Below, piece by piece: positions 36,993 through 45,500 of a stretch of 64,000 nt of DNA. Both the position numbers and the translations under genes were made by a program. Location of the stretch: assembly GCA_965116875.1 (NCBI GenBank), contig OZ220733.1, forward strand, positions 3,840,001 through 3,904,000, read 5' to 3'. The stretch is from Candidatus Latescibacterota bacterium. GTDB lineage: Bacteria > Latescibacterota > UBA2968 > GCA-2709665. Every line of letters starts with the position of its first letter. Position 1 is the stretch's first letter. Under the pieces are notes generated by a model. The model searched no databases. It was given only the letters and a program-made list of their open reading frames with translations, and was not told where the DNA came from.

Positions 36993-38162
36993 TCAGGTCT
37001 GGTGCACGATTGGGGACAACTGGGTTGCGGGACACGCCCGCGCTCCCTTGACGTCGTACCCCATGTCTTTGAGGATGCAACTGATCTGGGATTCGAGCTG
37101 GAGGAGGTATTCCCTTTCTTCCCCGCTCATGGTCTGCCGCGGCGGACCGACGTCGAATCCGCGCACGGCCACACCGGTTTTGAATCCCTCGGGAAAGTTC
37201 ACACCCAGCAGCATGAGGTTGATGAGATCCAGGATGCGGTATTGCATGCTGCGTGCGTTCTCGAGGTCGCCGGACAGCGTCTTTTCATAGATATCCACAA
37301 TGACCTCGGGAATGATTCCGGACGTCGCGATCGTGCCTCCGCTGGCGCCCATCATGATGGATGGACACAGGATTTCCTCGCAGCCGACCAGGACCACGTA
37401 ATCGGGGCGCTGTGCGCGCAGTCGATGCATGGTATTGATCAACCGCGGCATATCCCTGCTGGAATCCTTGGTACCCATGATGCGTTCGAACGGCAGCAGA
37501 CGTTCCATAATGTCCAGCGTGAGTTCCTGCGTGAACTGGGGGATATTGTATAAAAGGACGTCGAGAGGGGTCTGTCTCGCAATTTCAGAGAAGTACTCGA
37601 AGAGGCTTGTGTCCGAGATCTCGTAATAGTACGGGGGTACGAGAGAGATGGCGTCGACGTCGATGCCCGCGTAATATTCGCTCATTCTGAGCACGTCGCG
37701 GAGGTTGGCTTCGCTGGCGCCCGCAAGAACCGGAATCCTTCCCTGGTTGACGTTCGTAACCAGGCGCACGACCTCCTTGCGCTCGTCGCTGGAAAGACGC
37801 ACGAATTCGCCGGTGCTGCCGTTGGGATACAGCCCGTGGATGCCGGCCTCGATGAGCCAGTTGACGTAGCGCTCCATTTCCCCGTAGTTGATGCGATCAT
37901 TGCCGTCGAAAATGACGATGTTGGGGCAGAAGATGCCCTTGAATTCCTTCCTCTCTCCGGATTTGCGACGTACGGCCGGCGTTGAAGCTGGCGGTCCGGC
38001 GGCTGTCGCTTCTTTCCTGGATACCTGGACCTGGCGGGCCGCAAGGTAGTCCAGCGCAAGCGGCGTCAGCTTTGCCCGCGGGCAGATTTCGACTTCCCGC
38101 TCAGAGCCCAGTTTTTCCTTGAGCAGTTGTTCGGTAACAACCGCGTCGTCAATACGGATCAT
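36993..38162 (-). CDS. DHDPS/NAL-family class I aldolase/lyase with N-terminal extension
   Basis: NGSTGE, PPYY, LYNIP and Schiff-base GTKDSS; extra N-terminal VVTEQLL...LTPLALDYL segment. Confidence 0.88.
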   Translation of the reverse strand: MIRIDDAVVTEQLLKEKLGSEREVEICPRAKLTPLALDYLAARQVQVSRKEATAAGPPASTPAVRRKSGERKEFKGIFCPNIVIFDGNDRINYGEMERYVNWLIEAGIHGLYPNGSTGEFVRLSSDERKEVVRLVTNVNQGRIPVLAGASEANLRDVLRMSEYYAGIDVDAISLVPPYYYEISDTSLFEYFSEIARQTPLDVLLYNIPQFTQELTLDIMERLLPFERIMGTKDSSRDMPRLINTMHRLRAQRPDYVVLVGCEEILCPSIMMGASGGTIATSGIIPEVIVDIYEKTLSGDLENARSMQYRILDLINLMLLGVNFPEGFKTGVAVRGFDVGPPRQTMSGEEREYLLQLESQISCILKDMGYDVKGARACPATQLSPIVHQT

Positions 38163-38192
38163 CGATCATTCCCAAGAGGGTTCAGCGGCGGA

Positions 38193-39353
38193 TCAGTGGA
38201 TCAGCCGCTCTTCCAGCGCCGGATAGGGATGGGGAATAAGGTGTGCGGACACCAGTTCGCCGTACCTCTCCGCCTCCCCGGCGCCGATTTTCAGGGCGGT
38301 ACGCACCGCGCCGACGTCTCCACGGACGACGCTTGCCGTGAGAAAGTACCCTACCTTGTACCGGCCCTCGTACTCCACGTCCGCGGATTTCAACATCTGA
38401 TCCACGGCTTTCACCAGGGCCACCGTGCTGCGCGTTTCGATCAATCCCATCGCCTGATGCGGGCCCGAGGCGTTCCTGACGGTGTTCCCGCCGAAACATG
38501 CCATGATTTCGGAGGACGGGCGGGAAACGACACAGGATGCATTCAGTTCCCCGGCTTCCCGCGCGCCATCGATTCCCGCTTCCACGGCTGCCTGGACGGC
38601 GTCAAGTGCGCCTTTCACGAGCGCGTCGACCCGGCCGCCGCTGGCGATGACAAGCCGCATGAGGTCCACGTCGGCCGCTTTGACCATCGCATCGGATCCC
38701 CCGACCGCGGACGCATAACCCGTTGTTTCAAGAACACCCAGCGCGCCAGCGTCTTCCTCGTGCCCGTTGGAAACCGGCGCATCGGGAAGCAGCGGTGCGA
38801 TACCCGCTTCCGGTCTGGGAATTGCCAGGGTCCCGTAGACTTCCCCGGCTTCATCCGCACACACTTTTCCGGCCTCAAGCGCCGTCTGGACCGATGAAAT
38901 ATCGCCACGTACCACGAGATGAACCAGCGCGCCGCCAACGGACGTCCAGCCGGCGACGCGGACGGGCGCGCTCTTGACCATTGCGTCCGCGCCGCGTATC
39001 AGGGGTACCATGCCGCGCGTTTCAAGGATTCCCATCGCCTGCGCGCCAACCGGTTTCGCCGTGCCACCGCCCGCCATGTGCGGCATGGACTCGAGGGCGC
39101 CGGGGGCCGGGCCGGCGATCACGTCGGCGCGAATCAGTTCGCCGTGGGTTTCGGCTTCGGATCGCCCGATCCGAATGGCGGCCTCCACGTCCGAAACAAC
39201 GCCTTCGATCACGACGGTCAGCCAGCCGGATCCCACGCCGTGACGTCCCTGAACCCTGACGTCCACGGTCTTGAGCATGGCGTCCAGAGCCGCGACAAGC
39301 GCGGTCATGCCGCGGGTTTCCAGAATTCCCAGGGCGTGATTCCTTGCGGGCAC
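38193..39353 (-). CDS. Bacterial microcompartment shell protein with four tandem BMC domains
   Basis: Four repeats of A(L/M)G(I/V/L)(L/I)ET...D(A/Q)M(L/V)K...G...V..A...G, each about 90 aa. Confidence 0.92.
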   Translation of the reverse strand: MPARNHALGILETRGMTALVAALDAMLKTVDVRVQGRHGVGSGWLTVVIEGVVSDVEAAIRIGRSEAETHGELIRADVIAGPAPGALESMPHMAGGGTAKPVGAQAMGILETRGMVPLIRGADAMVKSAPVRVAGWTSVGGALVHLVVRGDISSVQTALEAGKVCADEAGEVYGTLAIPRPEAGIAPLLPDAPVSNGHEEDAGALGVLETTGYASAVGGSDAMVKAADVDLMRLVIASGGRVDALVKGALDAVQAAVEAGIDGAREAGELNASCVVSRPSSEIMACFGGNTVRNASGPHQAMGLIETRSTVALVKAVDQMLKSADVEYEGRYKVGYFLTASVVRGDVGAVRTALKIGAGEAERYGELVSAHLIPHPYPALEERLIH

Positions 39354-39361
39354 GACGGCGC

Positions 39362-39919
39362 TCAGGGTCCGAACGCCCGCAGGACGTCGGGCAGGGGTTT
39401 GGGGATGAGGGCGTCGCCCAGGAAGTTTTCTCCGCCCTCGACGCTGGCGCGGCCCACGGGCAGGGCCTCGGCCACGGACGCCACGTCGCCAAGAATAAGG
39501 GAGCAGACCACCCGGTTGTGAACGGTGAGCACGTTATAGACCCGGACGTCGGCCGCCTTCACCATGTTGTCGTTGGCGGTGACGTGCGAGCCGTATCCTC
39601 TTGTTTCGATCAGACCCAGCGCGCCGGACGGCGTCTGCCGCTGTGTATCGTTTGCATTGGAAACGTAATCCCGGCAGGCGGGTTCGGGGTGCGTCATCGG
39701 CGCCGCCACGACCTGCCCTGACACTTCCCTGGCCGCTTCTTCGCCGCACTCGAGCGCCGTCGCCACCCTGCTGATCGATCCGCCGAGAAAGACGGTGGTA
39801 AATCCGCCGATGGACTCCCAGCCCAGGAGATCCACGCCGGCAGCCTTGCAGGCGGCGTCGGATGCGAGAATTATCCCCGCGACGCCTTCGACTTCGATCA
39901 TGCCGATCGCGGCTGACAT
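39362..39919 (-). CDS. Bacterial microcompartment shell protein with two tandem BMC domains
   Basis: AIGMIEVEG...DAACKAAGV and ALGLIETRG...DNMVKAADV. Confidence 0.92.
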   Translation of the reverse strand: MSAAIGMIEVEGVAGIILASDAACKAAGVDLLGWESIGGFTTVFLGGSISRVATALECGEEAAREVSGQVVAAPMTHPEPACRDYVSNANDTQRQTPSGALGLIETRGYGSHVTANDNMVKAADVRVYNVLTVHNRVVCSLILGDVASVAEALPVGRASVEGGENFLGDALIPKPLPDVLRAFGP

Positions 39920-40006
39920 GCTGCCGTCCTGGTGTGTTTGACCGAACGATTCGGTACCGAAAATTCAATCGGACATCATCAAAACGGGTGGAACCAAAGC
40001 CAATGC

Positions 40007-42427
40007 TCAGAACAACAATACCGAGACCGCCTTCTGGATCATGGCAATGGAGACGGAGGCCATGCCCACCAGGGACATGCCCACCGAAAAACCGACGTAC
40101 AACACCGCCGCGTAGAGGCGCCATTGCTGTCTGCCGAAGCGCTTCCAGAAATAGTACCGCGCGAGGAGCGCGCCGATGATCTCGGTGATCATCACGTGGG
40201 GAATGCTGGTCAGACTCCGAATATATCCGAAGATGAGCAGGACCGGCAGGCCCAGGACGGACAGAACCACGAACGAGAACAGGCCGACGGCGAGTCCGAT
40301 GGCGATCACGATCGGCTTGATGGCTTCGAACAGGATCGGCTCGTCGTCCGAACTCTGCAGAAAGGAACCGTCGAAGGAGGGCACCTGGTCCACTTCGAAC
40401 TGATAGACAAGGTCCCGCCCCTCCGGATCCCGCGCGGCGAGCACGACCAGGTTGGGGTTGGGGTTGTCCGCGTGGCTTCCGTCATCCGGACCCCGCAATA
40501 CCGGCGCCGAAGGCAGCCCCCTTTCCAGAGCTTCGGATATGTCCGGCGCCGACCGGTCCACCGGAAGCGGCGGCACGAGCGGCTTCTCGGTACTCTTGAA
40601 GTTTGTATAGAAATACCCAACGCGGGACCACGGGCCGTACGTGCGTTGTTCGTGGTCGTCGATGTGCGCGTCGGCCGAGGCGCGGGCACGCCAGTACCAC
40701 CAGTTGCCGTCGGGCAGATTGCTCGGCTGGAAGGATACCGTCCCGGAGGATGCTTCGTGCTCCACCTCGCCCTGCATGGTACCCGTGTACCAGACGCTGC
40801 TCTGGAGCGCCCGCAGCGGCCACATCATCTGGACGTAGGGGTAGGAGGAGGAGGGAATGGGCGCCAGTTTCCAGATATAGGACCAGTACATGAAACTGGT
40901 CAGGAGGATCAGCGGGATCATGAAAACCTCCGCTTTCAGGATCCCGGTGAATTTCGAGCCCGTGAGTTCGATCTGACGGAATGTTTCGGCCTGTGCGCCC
41001 CAGTTGGCCAGGGGGAACGGCACAAACCAGATTTCGATACCCCTGAACCCACTCAGAAAGATCGTGGCTTCCTTGATATAGGGGATATTGACGTTCTGCC
41101 CGACCAGGCCGTCCAGACGGGCGTTGACGAAGGAGATCAGCGGCGTGTAGACAAAGGCGAAGATGAAGAAGAAGGCGAGCAGAAAGGTGCTTACGAGGTC
41201 GGGGAAGAGAATCTTGGCCAGGATTATGGTATACAGGCTCGCAAGACTGAAGAGTACGACGCAGATCCAGATCCGGAAGTCTCCCCGGCCGGGCGGCGGC
41301 GTCCAGCTGCCCTTTTCTTTCTTCTCCACGCGCGCGGTACGGACGCCCGTCCAGACCTGGTAGAATCCGATAATCGCAATGGCGAAGGTGATGCCGATCC
41401 CGAAGCTCATCCAGAAATCGATGCCCGTGACGAAGTGGGTCATGATGGTATCCATGCCCATGTACCAGTTGGGCATGTACCCGTAGGAATACAGGATGGG
41501 GCCCGCCGCGGTGTGGATGACGACGCCGATGAATGCGCCCATGACGGCCCAGAAGGGCGCCAGCAGCCCGGCGAAGATGGGGGCCAGGTGCAGCGTGAAA
41601 CCCAGCGGCGTGGCCGGCAGGAAATATCCCGTGTACTGGGTGAAATCCACCCACGGGATGGGAATGAGCTGAAGCGGGCTCTCCATGAACGCGCCGGTTA
41701 TGGCGGGCACCGCCACGTAGACGGAGCCGAATACCACGCCGATCACGGCGCCGATGCTGAAGACCCGCCATCGCCAGCTGTACTGGCCGCTGCTTTCTTC
41801 CGCGAGCGCCATGGCGCCCTGGGCGTTGATCGGCGCGAAGGGAAAGGGCAGGCGTTCGTAGTCGGAGGTGATGCGGAAGAGGACGTAACTCGCGGTGAAC
41901 CACTGGATGCGCCCCATGATCATTCCCAATACGAGCAGGGAGATGGGCAGGAGCCAGTCCTGATGGAGAAAGGTCCGGTCGATCAACGCCGGAGAATCGG
42001 GCGGGGGCGCCCACCAGCGGGGGATGAGGTGGGAGATGCCGAATTGCTTCGCTGCGGGAGACTGAACGTAGTACTGCTGCCAGAGCAGGCCTTCGAACAT
42101 GCCGGTTTCGCGGGCGACCAGGGCGCTGGTGACGTAGTAGAGCAGGTAGAGTTCCTGCTTCTTCAACACGGTGAACGAGCGCTTTGCCAGTTCCAGAAAC
42201 AGGATGATGGTCACCCACTGGGCGGCGGCGCCGACGGAATGTCCCACCATGAGTTCCAGGTAGATATTGCCCGGAACCATAATGACGGAAACGAAAAGCG
42301 CGCCGAGAATCGTCTTGGAGTTGAAGCCCTCTTCGAACTCCTTGGGGACTTCAAGCAGATCCCGGTACTCTTCGATTTCCTGGTACGGATTGGATTTCCG
42401 CCTGCGAATTCGATCCAGAAAGGCCAT
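40007..42427 (-). CDS. OPT-like (putative peptide transporter) polytopic membrane protein with soluble insertion
   Basis: Many TM segments; EEYRDLLEVP..FEEGF N-terminus; ERLPFPFAP motif; ~145-aa soluble beta-rich insert near the C-terminus. Confidence 0.7.
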   Translation of the reverse strand: MAFLDRIRRRKSNPYQEIEEYRDLLEVPKEFEEGFNSKTILGALFVSVIMVPGNIYLELMVGHSVGAAAQWVTIILFLELAKRSFTVLKKQELYLLYYVTSALVARETGMFEGLLWQQYYVQSPAAKQFGISHLIPRWWAPPPDSPALIDRTFLHQDWLLPISLLVLGMIMGRIQWFTASYVLFRITSDYERLPFPFAPINAQGAMALAEESSGQYSWRWRVFSIGAVIGVVFGSVYVAVPAITGAFMESPLQLIPIPWVDFTQYTGYFLPATPLGFTLHLAPIFAGLLAPFWAVMGAFIGVVIHTAAGPILYSYGYMPNWYMGMDTIMTHFVTGIDFWMSFGIGITFAIAIIGFYQVWTGVRTARVEKKEKGSWTPPPGRGDFRIWICVVLFSLASLYTIILAKILFPDLVSTFLLAFFFIFAFVYTPLISFVNARLDGLVGQNVNIPYIKEATIFLSGFRGIEIWFVPFPLANWGAQAETFRQIELTGSKFTGILKAEVFMIPLILLTSFMYWSYIWKLAPIPSSSYPYVQMMWPLRALQSSVWYTGTMQGEVEHEASSGTVSFQPSNLPDGNWWYWRARASADAHIDDHEQRTYGPWSRVGYFYTNFKSTEKPLVPPLPVDRSAPDISEALERGLPSAPVLRGPDDGSHADNPNPNLVVLAARDPEGRDLVYQFEVDQVPSFDGSFLQSSDDEPILFEAIKPIVIAIGLAVGLFSFVVLSVLGLPVLLIFGYIRSLTSIPHVMITEIIGALLARYYFWKRFGRQQWRLYAAVLYVGFSVGMSLVGMASVSIAMIQKAVSVLLF

Positions 42428-42551
42428 AATAGGTCAACGTGTCATAAAGGGTAAGGGCCTGAAAAATACAAATAAAGCGGCGTTTTGCAAAGCCTATTTC
42501 CGGATTGCAATAACGGGAAAACGCGACTGTTCACCGGCGCCGTGACGATTC

Positions 42552-45500
42552 TCACGCCGGTTCCGCTTCCGGTTCGTCCGATACCAGTATCCGCATGCCT
42601 TTTTTCCGGTATGCCGCTTTCTCGGCGGGGTCGACGGTTCTCCAGATGAGGAACTGCTTGCGGAGGGTATTCATGAAACCCTGGTTGACCCGCCGCCAGG
42701 AAGCGACTTCGCCCGAGCGCCGCCTGAGGGTGAGCTTCAGGGTGTAGATGTCGAACTGGCCGGTGGGTTCGGCCTCGAAGCGAAGCTCCTCGCTGACGCC
42801 CAGATCGAACGGCGCCAGCCATAGGGTCGTACGGATGGCGTATCCGGTCTCACCGGCGCCGCCCTTCCCGTACAGATGGGCGCCGTCCGTGTAGAACGCA
42901 CCCATTGCTTCCCCGCTGTGGGAGTCAAAGTAGTCCGTAAGGAACACGCAGAGCCCGAATACGTCGTTTCCGCCAACCGTAAAGGGGAATTCGAAACGCC
43001 AGTCGTCGCCGTCGGGCTCCGGGATCTTCCACCGGCGGGACACGTCCGGCACGGCCATCAGCGAGGCCTGCCGGGCCGGATAGAGGGTGGACAGGATGAC
43101 GACGGCCATGACCAGGGCGGACGAAACGACGGCCGATTGGGCGGAGTAGTTGACCGTGACGCCGGAGAGCCAGCCCTGCCACAGGAGCAGCTTGGCAACG
43201 CCCTGGCCCAACACGTAGCCGCTCACCGTGCCGAGGACGGCGTAGACGCAGGCTTCCGCGATAAACAGAAAAGCGACGTGGACCGGCGCCAGGCCCACCG
43301 CGGAATAGACGCCGATTTCCCGAAACCGTTCGTACACGGAACCCATCATGGTATTCAGCACGATGAGCGAGGCGATAAGGATTGGAATAAAGAGATCGCT
43401 CATCCCGCGTCTCGATGTATCGCCCAGCGAACTGAAAATGGAGACGCTGACGCGACCGTCCGCGTCCGGAAGACCCGCGAACAGTACGACCGAGAGCCTG
43501 GACAGAAGCTCCTTGACAATGCTCTCCACGTCCGATCGGGCGTCGAACCGGAGGGCGACCGACTGGAGCGGGCTGCCCACCTGGCGCAGGAACGCGTACG
43601 GGACGATCAGGACGTCGTCGGGGTTGATGTGCTCGAAGGGCATGATTTCGACTTCAGGTTGTTCCAGGCCCTGTTTTTCCCTCGTTTCCTGGGTCGTCAT
43701 CTGTTCGATGGCTAACTCGTCGGTCAGCTTGAAGTCGGCAGGACTGAGGGGTTCCTCATCGAGGTCCTTGAGTTCGCTGAACGCCCCGGCGTCGATCAGG
43801 CCGATCACCGGCAGGGATTCCCCGAATACCCGGACGCGGGTCGCCTCCGGGCGGGCGGGGTCCACGCCAAGGAGCTCCGCGATCTTCCCGGGCAGGATGC
43901 ACGCGGATTCACCCGGTCGAAACCAGCGCCCGCTCTTGAGGGTCCTGTGTATGCCGGTCACGTCCGCCTCCTCGGGCGTCATTCCCAGAACGCCGAGTAC
44001 GTGTGTCGACCTGTTTTCGGACTCGACGGGGATGATCTTTTTCTCCCGCGTATAGTACCAGCTTCTTGGGGCCGTAATCGCGGATTCCCGGAAGTGGGTG
44101 ACGGCATAGTCGTAGACGACGTCTTCCAGCGGGCCCCAGAACTTGCTGCGGATGAGCATTCCGGGGTACGGTCCCTCCATGCCCAGGGGAATCCGGCGAA
44201 ATTCGAGAGCCGTTTTGATGGACGTAAACGAGAGTACCGTAAACGTGAGGAGCAGGAGCGTGGTGAACGTAAGCGCCGTGCGCAGTTTGCGGCGTTTCAT
44301 GTTTGCGATGCCGAGTTGAAAGGCCGCCAGGGAGGCGGAGATTCGACCCACGTCGGTTTCATGCAAACGCACGTCCGGGACCCGTAACCGGCGCATGGTT
44401 TCGTTGAACCGGCTGAAAACGAGGGAAATCACGAACACTGCGAGCGCCAGAATGACGAAGGCGAGCAGCACCACCAGGGGATTGGAGATTTCGAACGCCG
44501 GATGCACGTTTGAAAGGAAAACCCAGATGAGCACGAAAATACCGATAAATCCCGCAATCTGTCGCCGGATATCCACGGCTGTAAAGATGAGGCGTTCCGT
44601 GAAGAATGCGCATGGGATGACCAGGGCCATGAAGAAGACGACGCCGCGCACCACGTCGTTCTGCGTGTCTTTGACGTCCGGATAGGCGCGCGATTCGATG
44701 CCGAGGGCCGCGCGGGTGTGTTTCATGAAAACGTCCCAGCGACTTTGGGTCATCGCGGCTTCGGCCATGTCCAGGTGAACACGAGCCCGGCTGTGCAGCA
44801 TGTTCAGGCGCTGGTTTTCGATGGCGTATTTCTGCATCTCCTGCTTCCGGGCTTCGTTCAGGGTCCACATGTCACGTGCGGCCAGAAAGGAGGTGCGCGC
44901 AAACGACCCGTGGGTGAGCGTGGGGTAACCCGTGCCGCGGGCGATTTCTTCGCTTTCGGCGCTCGTCGCATTCAGCAGCAGGAAGCGGATGCCGACTTCG
45001 CCCGAGCCCGCCGCGCCGCCGCCTGCTCTCATCGCGACCTTGATTCTCTCTCCCGGACGCGTGAACAGGGTGCCCACGGGTTCCGTCGGACCGAAGCCGA
45101 TCGCGTACCCGTATTCCTGCGGCGTGACGTTGCCGCTTCCGTAGACGCTGATCTGAGACAGCTTGGTCAGAAATCGCGGATCGACGGTATCGTAGAAGTC
45201 CGTGGCGATACAGGGAAAGAGGATGATATTCCGCTTGGAGATCCACCAGTCCATGTCGAAGTCGCCGCGGTAGATTCTCGCCTGCTGTCCGTAATTTGGC
45301 GCGTAGGTGATCTCACCGGTCTCCGGATCCTGAAAGTAGGCGCTGACGGAGACGCGGCGTTCGGCGATCCCGGGCATATAGAATTCACCGTTTTCGTCGG
45401 CAAGGTCGTAGTAGATGCGCCGGACGCCCTTGACCGATTTGTCGATGCCCATCCGGAGCGCGGCGATGGCGCCCGGCTTGGGCCGGTCGGGTACGATGCT

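Noticed and set aside
36993-38162. Housekeeping dapA call (dapF is nearby)
   Set aside because: The N-terminal extension, BMC context and divergent substrate region (YNIPQFT, no Arg as in YNVPxRT) point to a catabolic DHDPS-family member; no symbol given.
39932-42454. 840-aa plus-strand ORF (and similar long ORFs at 1084, 5801, 28609, 44718, 47127, 58833)
   Set aside because: They overlap well-supported opposite-strand genes and show no motifs; these are antisense shadows expected in GC-rich DNA.
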